NCBI GenBank assembly: GCA_047495785.1
Contig: JBLDXI010000021.1
Coordinates: 434,001-498,000 of the forward strand
DNA: 64,000 bases
Origin: Lepidodermella squamata
Lineage: Eukaryota; Animalia; Gastrotricha
Direction of reading: 5' to 3'
Part shown: in pieces, positions 24,779 to 37,710 of the stretch
Numbering within the stretch: the stretch's first letter is position 1
How the letters are laid out: each line of letters starts with the position of its first letter
The notes under the pieces: model-generated
Seen by the model: only the letters and a program-made list of their open reading frames with translations
Told to the model about the DNA's origin: nothing
The model's database searches: none
Position numbers and translations under genes: made by a program

Positions 24779-24866
24779 CATCCTGTACTGAAAACACGAG
24801 ATAGCCATTGGGTTAAAAGGTCGGTAGTAACATTTATTCGTGCTCACCTACGTTTTTTACGACGAG

Positions 24867-27800
24867 ATGGATATTTTTGCGCTAGCTGTTATTCTCTTAG
24901 CTACGGCAGTTAATTCGGCTTTCAGCCAGAAAGTAGCATGCTCTGTCATTGATGACGCGTTATCGAATTATTATGAAGTGTTTCTAGCCAGATACATCGG
25001 TAAAAGGGATGAACACGCTGGAGTGTGGCTGCTCGCCCTATACTGTCGAACCGATAATAATCTCTGCAAGAGCTGTGCCTATGAAGATGCTGGCACGGAA
25101 ATTTTCTGTAAGAGATCGAGAGAATTTTCGATAAAGAATTTGAGCTCCAATTATCTCAGGCTCTGATGCATTCCATCATAATAATAATGGAGAGCTTGGA
25201 TGTAGGAATTTACCCGATTTGATGGTTGACGAGACATACGTTTTCTTCGTTGAGGAAGGCGCTCCTTCGAACCTACGGGAGCCAGGTTTTCTTGGACCGA
25301 TCAGTTACGACGAGTGGGAAGAGGCGTTATCGATTTGCAACATCATTTGCCTTGATGTTAATTGTGAGTTTTTTCCCGATTTTTCTAATAAAAATTGGCC
25401 GAAAATTCTCATAGTTTGCTGCAATGGGATTAACGCTAAGAATGCGACGACGAGTTCATTTCCCACCTCAACAGCAACAAATTCTATTACGGAAGAGATT
25501 ACGGCAGTGACGGAGCGGAATCAGGAGGTTTCATGTCAAGTTGTAGACGACGCGCTTTCGAAAGGGCAACATGTATTTTTGGGCAAATACATTGGTAAAC
25601 GCGAAGGCACATTACGTGATGACGGATGGTGGCTCCTAGTCGAGCCATGCTTCACTGATAATGACCAATGCCAAAGTTGCATTTACAAGGACGGCGACGA
25701 ACCGATGCAAATTTTCTGTTAGTCATCTGAATAATTAGGATAGGCTTTGATAACTTTCTTATATAGGTCCGAATGGCTATAATTCTGGAGCTGGCTGCAA
25801 GGACTTGCCTGATACAATGAATGGAGAGCAGTATATTTTCTTTGTCGCGAAATCATCCGGAATCATTTTGAGGGAGCCGGGTTTTCTTGGACCGATTAGT
25901 TACGCTGAATGGGATGAGACAATATCGACATGCGAAAATTTCAACTGCACGAATGTTTCATGTAAGAATTTTCCGATCAAGTGAAATCGAGACATTATAA
26001 GGTTATTACAGTCTGCTGCATTGGGAACAAAAACTCTACGACCACGAAAATGACGACTAGCAATCCTACAACAATTGAGACCACAACTCTATTGACTACT
26101 ACTCAAGATTTTTGCGGCGAAATCTGCGATAGCAATTGCTTTTCGGATCGGTACAACAACGCCGATGAAGTTTTCTTAGCGAAAGTTACGGGCACGAATT
26201 ACGTTGACGTGCAATGTTACATGAAAAGCCGCAACAGCAATCCTCAACAAGCGCTTGCCTTCACTATTACAGGTACTGAGTTATAATCATCGGATGAACC
26301 ATTTTCACCAATTTAATCCTAATAGGCTTTTGTGGAAATCAGACATCTTTATCTATCGGTTATACCTATCTGATTTTCGCGAAATTGGCCACTCCTAAAC
26401 CGATGTTCATCAAAATGACATCGCAGGCCATTTTGATCGAGACAACGGAAGCTTGGCATCGGGCTGAAGGTTTCTGTGGTTTTTCAGGACCAACTATAAC
26501 CAACCAACACTATCCAGTTTCACGTAATTACAAACACTTTAATGCAAACATTGAAGTCAACTTATTTTACCAACTTCATAAGCATTTTGCTGCGAGAAGC
26601 CACAGCCGGACTGCCACGGTTGGACTGTTCAGGAAATCGAACAGGCTAATCAAATAACGACTCCGGTTCCGATGACTACCCAACAACCTGACAACAGTTG
26701 CGTCGAACAATCTTGCCCGTATGAGTTTTGCGACAGCGAATGTCTCAAATTACGCATGGACAACTCCGATGCAGGTAAACTCGATCTATCGCTAAATCTT
26801 TCAGTAAAATTATGATTTCAGTAATTTGGGGCGAGCACATTGCTTTGCCAGGCTATGATGACCCGTCAATGATCAACGTTTACTGCTATTTGAAAAGGCC
26901 CACGGACGGAAAGCTCGATGATGGTACTGTTTTTGCCAATGGTATAACGTTTGATTACTCATCGTTCCGACTTGCATTGAAAATAACTGTTTGAAAAGGC
27001 CCTCCGGATGTGGGAACACGATGCACTCTTGACGAAATGTCAGTTCCATCGTCGGGGCAGTTTATGTTTTTCTTAAACGAAACCGAAAAAGGCCAACTTC
27101 GACCTTATTATCGGATGATTGCTCGGCCCATTCCAGTTTCGTCTTACGTCTCATGGCGACATCTCACGAGCTACGTTGGGGTTAACATGGAAACACCTAA
27201 CGGTTTGAAACCGCCGTATCCACCATGTAAAAGCTTCAACTTAGCGACTCGATATTGTTAATTGCTATTTTTCCGCAGTTGGCGATTGCACGAGAAATGC
27301 GTTCAACACTTTATACGACGTGAAACTTTCGAAATTGGTAGAATTGAACAGCGTACCTTGTCCTGGTGCCGCACAAAGTCTTGCTGTTAGGTTTAGCGGA
27401 GTTTCAGCCGAATCGGGCCGCATAGTTGTAAAGGCAAATTCAACGCCAAGAGGGCCGTACCAAAACTTGATCAATTTTTGCGCGATCAATCTTGATGCAC
27501 CAGGGAATCAAGGTAGTTTGGATGTACGGTTGGACAATAGCAGCTGCTTGTACAACGAAGAATTTTGGGCTGGAGATATTGCAGTTTCGCTGGATCCTGA
27601 TACGAAAACGGGTTCAAATGTTTATCTCCCGGCGAGCCAGCCGATTCAGTTTCCAAGTAACGACTCTTGGCTGGCGATAACTCAACTGTGTATTCTATCT
27701 GGATTTTCAATGTCTGGGCCCAATTGCGTGCCGTGGAACCCCTCGCCGGATCAAGGCTGCTTTATGGACTTGATGGAAGCTGAAGTTTCGACACCCGGTT

Positions 27801-30067
27801 TCAGCATTCAAGCGAAACGTATGTTCTTAATTCCCCCTTTTTGCCATGATCGATAATATCGAATAGGTCGCAATTGTCCGAGCATAAACCAAGATTCCTT
27901 TCTTCAGCGAGCTGACAAATCTTTCCGGGTTATATTTGGCAGAGTCAAGGCTATCAATTACCAGGCTCGAGATATAACTTTCATCCCGGACTGCACAATA
28001 AGATCTGAAACCCAGCCATTACTTGACGAGTTTCACGCCTACGGTACTTTGAAAAAGCTGAAAGCTGAGTTTCCCAACCTTTTGTTTCTTTCAGTTTCTG
28101 GCGATTTAGACGGATGTTTCTCATTTAACAACGATACCATTGAAAATAACAAGACTTTAATTATATTCCTCGACAAAAACAACTACATGACTCAGCGTGA
28201 GATTCTGATTGAGGATTTCAATCAACTCGGATGGTTTGCTAGTACTTGCGGCAGTCTATTGACCGGTTGCAAACCTAAGCTGGACCCTCGTGAGGGTTGC
28301 TATCCGGATCTAAGCATTTCTGAAGTCATGAAGAACCCTGTCAACCCTGCGAATCTTCCCCAGATCGTATATCCTACCTGTTGTAAAGGTCTGACTAGCA
28401 CTTTTACAGCTGAAGTGTTCACCAAAGCTGATCAAATCGTTTGGGCGACTATCGATACGATGATGACAGCGACGATGCCTAATCTAACTGCAGGAGGGAA
28501 TCGCTTGATTGGTGTCAGCTTGATAGCCAGATGTTACATGAAAAAAGTGGTGGAAACAACCCAATCCATTGCAGCGATGGGTAAAACATGAAAAAATTAC
28601 GAACAATGCGCAATGAATTTGTTCCTTTTCAGTGAACTTGACATCTCTCACTACGCCACTGCACGTTGGGATTGACTACATCTTTGTTCTAAAGCGAATT
28701 CAGAACAATCCGTGGAAGAATGTTGTTTATGAGATCATGACTACACCCTTGACGGCTTCTAAACCTGTTTGGAATCAATTATGCTCGACTTGTGGGATCA
28801 ATCCTGTTTCAAAATCCAGTGATGTTTTGTCAGGAAACGGGGATGATAACCGTTGCGGAGGAGCTTTGTCTTGCTCCAAAATCTCGTCTAGCTCTTCGAA
28901 GGATTGTTTAAAATATTTGGATCTTAGCGATGAAAAAACAGTTTGCAAGTCGAAAGACAATGACTTTGCCCAACGAATCAGAGCCGCTACAGATAATACA
29001 GCAGTTATTTTCGGGGAAATTCAAAGCGTTAATGACCAAGAGGAGGTTCCAATAGAATTGGTCGCGCGAAAAAGCTTGCTTACGGCATTCCCTTTGTCGA
29101 ACATCAGCCATCGCGCTACTCAGAGAGTTCTCTTCAGATCAATTTGCCAAATTTCAGGCCAAACGAAGCCTTCAACCAGCCTTGTTCACTTTAACTGTAA
29201 TTCTTCACAAATTGTCCGTCTTATACTTCTTTATAGCTTTTGTTTTCGAAAGATTATGAAGCTGAGTGCTTCCACGATCGAGATGTCGACTTTAAGATTG
29301 GAGATAAATTCTTGGTGTTCATCAATGCGCAAGTTGACATTCTTACATCGGCTCCGATTCCCCTGCATGACGACGGCCTTTCGATGGTAGCTAAAAGTTG
29401 CGCAATTGACCCTCCACCTTTTGCACTCTTCGAAGGGGATGGCAATGATCAATACGAAGAAGCGTGCCCACAAATAGCCCTCCCGCCAAAGCTATGTAAC
29501 AGCTCGTTACTAGTGAGAGATATCAGGATACCCCCTGTTCAACCTGATGGTTACACAGTGCAATGGTGGGGCGCGACTCTGATAGCAGTCGCTTGCTTAG
29601 TTGGTCTGATATCGGCAATTGTGATTGTCAGAAAGATGAGCAAGAGAAGGGTCATGGCTCTCAGTAACCGGAACGCAGAGGCTCGAGTTGTTCAACCATT
29701 AGGCGCTCATCTTTTTGATCAAGACTATTTATCGATAAATAGATCGGCGCCTAGTAGCGGTATGTCAATAAACACTGGTGACATAGATGAATTTGTGGGC
29801 ATGGACTCGATTCGGAGGCCTTGGTCAGCGAATGACGACGAGTCTAGTCGGGCGAGATTGATTCCAGCTGCGAGTTCTCAAACTACGGCTGCAAACAGCG
29901 AATCGCCAAGTCCCTCTAATCAACTGGAGGCGCTCGCTGGCCCGAGTGCGAAATCGACATCCTCTCGTGCGAAACGGATTAGCAAAAAACAAAGCGAACA
30001 AATGCTGAGGCAGCTGGCGGAATCACCGGGCAGTCTTGACTTCGGAACTGAAGATCTAGTCTCTTAA
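24867..30067 (+). CDS. Paralog A: type-I membrane protein with ~8 tandem Cys-rich NtA/NTR/TIMP-like modules
   Basis: Signal peptide MDIFALAVILLATAVNSAFS. Repeated module C..(S/D)...R...(a/d).V(F/I)(W/L)G.....C..K.....C.....Y(l/i)fF.....P.....W....C, with Thr-rich linkers. TM WWGATLIAVACLVGLISAIVIV followed by RKMSKRR and a disordered tail. Multi-exon gene with ~50-nt introns. Fold assignment is from pattern only. Confidence 0.85.
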
Positions 30068-30244
30068 CTGATTTTATATTCATGAACCTGATTTCATCGA
30101 AATAAACTAGTAATTTCAAGTTGTTTTGAAAATTCACAAAAATTGATATGCAGTCATAGTATTGTACAGTGGCAGGGTGTATAATGTTGTTGTAAGTGTG
30201 TACATTTAATCGTACAATTCGACCGTGACGCAGAGGTCACGCTT

Positions 30245-30255
30245 TGATAAGATAA
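30245..30255 (+). promoter_or_regulatory. Tandem GATA-type motif TGATAAGATAA upstream of paralog B
   Basis: Identical to 24768-24778 and in a similar position relative to the ATG. Confidence 0.45.
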
Positions 30256-30380
30256 AAAAACTACAGTAGGTAATGGATGCTAGTGATGGCCTCAACTGAA
30301 CCATAGATACCCCTGCGAACTTTTTGCCTGCGCAGACAATATCATTCCTGTCCAATTTTTCTATGTGATTTCACACGGAA

Positions 30381-33300
30381 ATGCTGGCGCAAAACTTGCT
30401 TTTAATATTTACTTGTTCATGCCTGGCTTCTCAAACTGCCGTACTAGCTGATCCTAATCCATATGATTGCATTACCCCGACTTGTGACGTGCTTAAAGCG
30501 GCAGCGGGAAAAGGCGAAGAGATTTACCTAGCAAAGCTACTTGGCATGCAGAAAAATGGAATTCGAGACGGAGGCTGGCATGTTACGGTTGGTAGATGTG
30601 ATCCATCGAATTGCACCGATTGCAAGTACCGGAATAATGAGACTCATTTCTGTAAAATATTTTGCTTCAACAACGTCATCGTAGCATTAAATTGATTTAT
30701 TTCCAGGCCCAGACCAGGTTTGCAAAAAACACGCACCTGAAACAGCTATTGGTAAAAACTGGGTATGGTTCATGGGTGCTGGGTTCGAGAATTACGAAAT
30801 CGTCGATTTCGGAGGTCCATGTTCGGTGCCGAAATGGCATTCAAAGCTGCTCTCAGAGTGTTCGCTTTACTGCACTGCGGGGTCATGTGAGACTATGGTA
30901 CAGGAAATTTAAATGAGGCATGTACATTTTCCCTTTTCTATACAGTTTGCTGCGCAGGGGACTCACTTCCCACGACTGAGGCTGCGACTACTACGACCCC
31001 AGTTGTCACAACCCAATATGATCCTTGTTTACATTCCGATTCTTGCAACAGCACATGTTTCCAGCAACGATTTAATGATGTTAACACCGATGAAGGTTCG
31101 ATTTGTAAAGGAATGATTGAGATACCGAAATTAAGGACCATGAAAAGTTTTTCTCGGTGAACCAAACAGCTTTTCCGGCAAAGATGTCAAAGCCTATTGT
31201 TGGCTAAAAGCTCCGACAGAGGGCTTTCAGTCTTCTACAGTCAGCATAGGTGAGTTGTAAAAAATGGCGTGCACTTGCCAAGGATTGATTCTCTGTTTGT
31301 TTGTTGTTGTTCTTGTTTGTTTCTGTTGTTTTCAGATTACGGAGAAAATTGCGGTGGAAATGTGATAAATCCTCCAACCCCTGATGGCAGTCTTTTCTTG
31401 TATTTCGTGAGACCAGACAAAGTGTTCCCAAAGCCAATCAACAAGGTGTTAACCGCTGTTCCAATACAAATCTCATCTCTAGAAGCCTGGCAACTAGCTA
31501 CAAGCTACTGCAGCGTTGAAAGATCTGTCCTAACGCAGAGCGTCATTTTGCCATGTGAGACATGACTTCTTTAATTAGCGAAGATTTCGATTAACCGTAA
31601 TTTCCCAGCGTTCTGTTGCAATTATTTTAACGGCAGCAGTTGCGCGACCAATATATCTGTTAGCGACATTGAAACAGATAATAGTTTAACGACTCCTGTA
31701 TCGCCTGATGGGCAGTGTAGCGAAGAAACATGCCCGTTTCAATCATGTGACAGTGATTGCATTGCCGCGAGGTTTGACGCTGCTACCGATGGCAAGTTAA
31801 CATTATTTCTCGATTTCACGAATTATTCTTGTTTTTCGCAGTGTTTTGGGGTGAAAATCTTAGTGATGGAGTTGAAGTTACCGTTTACTGCTGGCTAGTT
31901 CGGAGCAAGTTGAATGTTGGCGGAAAGGCCATAATAAACGGTTTTATTCGCAAAATTCGAAATCATTGAAAATAATATTTTTATTTAATGCAGGTGATCC
32001 TGTTGTTGACACGCGATGTACCAAACAGCAAATGGCGGTGCCACCGAAAGGCTCGGGCTTGTATTTGTTTTTCGTGCAGTCTACTGCTCCAAATATTTCT
32101 CCTGAATATGCAATGGTTGCGAGACCAGTTCCACTGACAAGTTTAGCAGAATTTTCGAAGATTTCAATTTATTTTAATAATTTTAGGCTACGTTGCTTGG
32201 TCTCACGTAACCCGGCTGACGAAGCTGATTTATCCGATTCCTCCCGGAACGAATCCCACTCTTCCATGTATAAGCTTTTGGAAATTTATTTGAAAAAAAT
32301 GTAATCTGACGGATTATGTTTACAGTTGGAGTTTGTGCGATGAGTACTGATAACCCCTTGGACGACATAAAAGTGGCCGACTTGGTTGCAATGAATTCAA
32401 TACCTTGCCCCGAAGTTGCCGACAGTTTAGCAATCAGATTCGGGGAGATTATGCAAAACTCCGATCGGTATGCCATAGTAGATTCAGACATCATCACTGC
32501 ATCGCGAGAGGGCAGATTCACCTTGCAAGACTACTGCGTTTTAAATCCGATAGCCGGATTGAGTGGAGGAAGCGGGCAAGTGATGGTCCTACCGCCAGAT
32601 CAGAACGCTTGCTTCAGTATGGATGAGATTCTGGATAGTACTCATTTTGTAATAGCAATTAAAAAGCCCTTCGTCAGTGGGCTGACAGCTGGGAGCCAGT
32701 CTCTGTTAAAGCCGAACGCTACAGAAGGCTGGAAAGCAATCACTAACATGTGTATGTTGCAGCGATTTTCAATCGAAGGAGACCCATGTATTACCGCACC
32801 GATTGACACATGCTTCTTCGACTTGTCGAAAAAAGATCTCGAAACTCCAGGTTTCAACTTTGAGAAAACTTGTAAGTAAACTGAACCTTTTTCAGCTTGC
32901 TTGATGTGCTTTTGATTCTAGTGGGAAAATGCAAGGACATCAAACCTGATTCCTTTGCAATGCGAGCAAAAAGTTCGTCCCATATCATTTACGGCAGGGT
33001 TACAAAAATCAACTACGCTGGTCGAAACTTTTCCTTCTCGCCAAGTTGCACATTAAAATCAGTCGATTTATCACCGATTAATGATGAAATAGTTGTGTCT
33101 GGTAAGCTTTATTCCTTAATGCCCTCATCGCCTCACGCTTGCTCATAGTTCCAGCCCATTATGATGGATGTTTCGCTATTGGCGGCAAAACAACTTCAAT
33201 CAACAGCACTTTCATTTTGTTCCTGACTCGGCAAGATCGCAATTTTGTCTTGTCTATGCAGGAAATTCATATAAATGGCTCTGAGGCATTGCAGCTTTTC

Positions 33301-35170
33301 GCTAGCAAGTGTGATACTTTGGTTAACAGTTGTAGCCAGAAAGTGGATCCTCGCGTTGGTTGCTATCCTGACCTGAGCGTGTCTTCAGTTTTAACGAATC
33401 CCGACAACCCGGGAAATCTGCCCCCATTGGAGGACCCGACATGTTGCTCTGGTATTGATCCGAAATTCTCAAAGGCATTGTTTGACCAAGCTGACCAGAT
33501 CGTTTGGGGTACTATCGATAGTATGGGCAGTCTAACTCCACCTAACGCATCCAAAAATGGAGACCGTCTTATAGCAGTGAGCCTGGAAGCTGATTGTTTC
33601 ATGAAGGACATTTCGCCATCAGATTCACAGTCTATGTCTGCATTAAGTACATTACATACTTCTTCGTAATGATAACCTTCCTGATACTTGTTGTACTTCA
33701 CAGTGAATCTCGGGTCGCTCATCCAACCGGTCCACACCGGGGTCGATTACCTATTCGCGCTCCGGCTCATCAAAAACAACCCTTGGAAGGAAATACCGTA
33801 TGAAATAATCGCCCCTCCAATTCCCGCGACACTGTTTCTCTGGCAATCGCTTTGTTCTGTCTGCGGCATCAATCCGGTAAATAAAACGTATCCAGATGGC
33901 ATGGATGGTGGCCGATGTGGTGGTCCTTTGTCTTGTTACGATTTCGCGCAATCTAATAACTGCACTATCGAGGTCGACTTACGCGACAAAAATGCATCCT
34001 GTATCGGCGCATCCGATGACTTCAGCGAACGAGTGGAAACTGTCACAGAAGGCTCCGCTGTCATTTATGGCCAGGTAACGTCTACAAGCAATGCCCTGCA
34101 ACCCGCTGATTCTCCAGAGCGTAAGGTTAAGTTACGAACAGCTTTCCCGCTCAATCAATGGATTCGCGCATCTCAAAACGTTGTTTTCGAACCGATTTGT
34201 CAAATTTCCGGTCAATCAAAGCCGTCTACTTCAACCATTTATTTTTCATGTATACCTGACTAATTTAATGAAAAATATGCTTAATTGTTATTTTCCTGCA
34301 GATTTTGCTACTGATTGCTTTTTTGATGACGAAAACCTCTTGAAAACCGGCGACAGCTACCTGATCTTCTTGAACCCACACACAAGTATTATGACGGCAG
34401 CTCCAATCTCCATCGATGACAACGGCATTACGGTAGTAGCGCAAAGTTGCGCCATTCTACCACCTCCCTTCCCAATATTTGCCATCGACAAGGCTGATTA
34501 TTACGAAAACATTTGCCCTAGTATTCCGCAATCTCCGAAAATATGCAACAACTCAATCAGTGTGGCGAGTATCACAAGAAAATCACCGGATGTAGCATCA
34601 TGGGAAATGCCCGTGTGGCTTATTGTGGTCATAGTGATTGGCGGTATTGTGTTTGTTGCAATCATAGCGTTTGCTATGCTTCGTTTTGCGTTTATGGGAC
34701 CAATTGAGCCGGCTGCCGCCGCGACGCATGGAACTATTTCAAATCAATCTAACCGGTTACCAAGTCGAAATGTCCGACATACTCCTTTGAGCATGGTTGA
34801 CATGGATGATGTTGATGTAACTCCTCGGCGCCATCGCAGGTTGAGTCACAGGAGTTTAACTGTTGCTGCAGAATTCGGTACCGATGCAACATATAGCCCG
34901 TTACCACCACCTCGCCGTCCTCGATCAGTAACAGGTGATCGTGAGGCTCTATTGGCGAAAATGAGGAACGCAGAGGAGGAAACAACGTCCTTATCGTCTC
35001 TTCCTATAAACATAGAGAGGCGTAGCTCATTGTCTGCATCGGTGTCTTCTCTACCGGTGACGAGAACGCAGCCAATCAACATTCTTGCCCAGATCGCCCA
35101 ATCACCTGACGGCGATGATGATTTCGGCGTTCTCGACCTGCTGGGTATAAATAACAGTAGCGAACGGTAG
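30381..35170 (+). CDS. Paralog B: type-I membrane protein with ~7 tandem NtA/NTR-like modules
   Basis: Signal peptide MLAQNLLLIFTCSCLASQTAVLA. Strongly similar to A (DPRxGCYPDLS, ADQIVWxTID, NNPWK, CGINPV, RCGGxLSC, ICQISGQxKPSTS). TM VWLIVVIVIGGIVFVAIIAFAML. Confidence 0.85.
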
Positions 35171-35480
35171 CAAATGTTATTTTGTGCTTCGCTAAAAATC
35201 ATTAAATTTTCATGAAGCGCTCTCTCGTGATTAAAACAGCGCGAACATAGGTCTCGCTTTTGTGAAAGGAAAGTCTTACTATAATGTGCGAACACAATTT
35301 GTGTAGAATAAATAAACAACCCACTCTATAATGCCCCGGTGTGGACAAGCCGTAAACAACAAATCACCTTGAATAGAATAAATTTGCCGCCCCTTTTTAG
35401 CAGCGAGCCATTGTTCTGTGCCCACCGCAAGCAGGCTCAAACATCAACATTTTCAATAGAGTCGCAGACTAATTTCTTAA

Positions 35481-36751
35481 ATGACGCTGAGGATGAACAA
35501 TATTTTGGCGTGTTTGGCAAGTGTGCTTTGCTTGGTATCAAGTTACCCAGTAATTTACCGCCCGAACTGCATCCCAACCGATCACTTCAGTGAGGTAAGG
35601 AAATCAAAATTCAAAAAGCTCCGTACGCGAAATGAGATGATCTTGTCTAGCTTTTAAATCGATCACACCAAGTTCGATGGATGAAGGTACTGTCTTACCA
35701 CGAGATTTCCTACCACCCGATACATTCAAGCCAGCCGCGAGTAATTCTAACAGAATGTGACAGGTCTGACTGCCTAACCTGTACTCATATCGGCGACTTG
35801 ATCGACGCATTTCCAGATCGTGAGTTTATCATAATTTGCTTTCCCACGTGATAGCTATTTTTCCATAGAATCGAAGTGCCACCATCTTGAGATAGGGAAA
35901 ACGTATTTGATTGGGACCAATTCCAATGATGACATTGTTGCACCACCGATTAACGTCGAACCGGCTCACTGGTCACAGTTGAAACAACTCTGCTACTTCA
36001 AGGACCGCAATCAATTGACACTATTCCCGCCACCATTAGCGAAAGAGCGATGTCTTGCTGCCCCTACTTCAACGCAATGCATTCCGGATGAAATACGGCT
36101 CAATTCCTTTCTACGTTCGACCCCGTTTGAAGCTGATGATGAAGGTTTGAAACTTTGCTACATATTTGGGTTTATTTGATAGGTATATTTTCTATAGAAA
36201 TAGCTTTGAAAAATTGCTTACCACAATCGGCAAGTTTCGCGAAGCGGCTTGCGTTCTCGGGCGCGGCCAGTGTGGTTCAGTTCACCGGCACCTTATGGGG
36301 CCATGGTTATCATCAAATCGGTGCACGTACTTGCAATGACGCTCAGTGTGTCGACCTTATTTCGTGGACTGTTCGTAATAATAAATGTGAGCTCAACTTT
36401 GGCAACGCATCCGACATCAAACACGACATTTTCTTGCGATGTGAGTTACTTTTTATGTGCCCCAACCTAACTGAGATTTCGTCGCAATTACTTTTAGATC
36501 CTATCACCTCCAAATGCTACAACTTTGATTGGAAAATCCAGCAAAATCAGCCGTATCTCGTTTTTCACGAGCCGATTGCGAATCCTGAAATGCCCTTTGT
36601 GTGGATGCGAGCGAATCCGGTCTTGCTCTCCCCGGAATTGTGGGATCAAATTTCAAAGACCTGCTACTTCAGCAAAGGCTGCGGCAAGGAGTCGAAGTGC
36701 TTAGAAGACGTCATCCTCATCCATCAGCAGCAAGCAAGGATGATAGCATGA
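35481..36751 (+). CDS. Paralog C: secreted 2-module NtA/NTR-like protein with no TM
   Basis: Signal peptide (MTLR)MNNILACLASVLCLVSS. The modules match the first two of paralog D (CDRSDCLTC vs CDPADCLTC; RLAFSGAAS in both; LVFHxPI...WxxAxPVLL...WxxISxxCYFS). Stop at 36751 with no hydrophobic anchor. Confidence 0.78.
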
Positions 36752-36979
36752 TTATACAAACCACTGTATCAAAACCCTTTTAAACAAAGACATTATTGTT
36801 CGTTTCATTTGAGTGCGATGACTGAATCTTTTTCAATATGTTTTTTAAATATATTTGTTGGAAAAGGGGCCCTTTAAAAATCCGTTGATTTCACAAAGAA
36901 ATTGCATTCATTTATTTGAGAATTCACCGTGAAAGCGTTACTAGAGTTGAAAGACTGATATCACATCATAAGATTGTCA

Positions 36980-37558
36980 TCAATCGATCATTCTAATGCC
37001 AGGCAGCGTTACGTTGGAGTACAGGGCGTAGTTGGTCCACTTATTTGGCTTTACCGTGGCGTACTCCATGCGAAATTTCGTTCGCTTCAAGTTGAAAGCT
37101 TTGAAAGTTTGCAACAGCAATTGTTCTTCCCGCATTAAAAAGCCAATCATCAGCTTGACGCTGGCATCACCTCGAGTAACTTTCAGCACGGCTTGGTACA
37201 ATTTCTCCATCGGGATGTAGAAGAAAGGTGGGTCGAATACAACGACCCAAAATTTATCTTCCGGTTCCATGTCGATCGGTTTCAATATGTCGAAATAGCG
37301 GTATTTTGGTAGGTAATCAAACCTAGTGTCGATGTCGAGCAGAGGTTCAGCCCGGTCATGATCGGCGTAGAAACCATGCGACAGCGAAGGCGCAGCTAGG
37401 CAGCAGATTTCGCCCTCGGGAACGATGCTTAACGCCGCAATCAACTCGTTGACTGTTTTTTTCGTCCAGAAGTACTGCTCTAAATCTCGCCGCTCGACAA
37501 AACCGTCGACAAACATGGAACGATTCTTTCTAGCGGAGCTTTTTTCCACAAGTGCCAT
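36980..37558 (-). CDS. Intronless class I SAM-dependent methyltransferase, N6-adenineMlase/EEF1AKMT1(N6AMT2)-like family
   Basis: 192-aa single ORF with EQYFW..T, CCLAAPSL, LLDIDTRF, YFD, VVFDPPFF and ALYSN, the motif order of that family. Substrate unknown. Confidence 0.8.
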   Translation of the reverse strand: MALVEKSSARKNRSMFVDGFVERRDLEQYFWTKKTVNELIAALSIVPEGEICCLAAPSLSHGFYADHDRAEPLLDIDTRFDYLPKYRYFDILKPIDMEPEDKFWVVVFDPPFFYIPMEKLYQAVLKVTRGDASVKLMIGFLMREEQLLLQTFKAFNLKRTKFRMEYATVKPNKWTNYALYSNVTLPGIRMID

Positions 37559-37710
37559 TTTAGCTGGAGTATTAATCTCGAGCTTTAAATTGGTAGTCGT
37601 ACCGACTATATTTAGACAACAAGAAAGCGTTCAACGCCTGAATTATGGGTCGAGTGGGCAAAAAAACGCGGCTTATATAGACAGCACATGCTCATTATCA
37701 ATGCGCAGCT

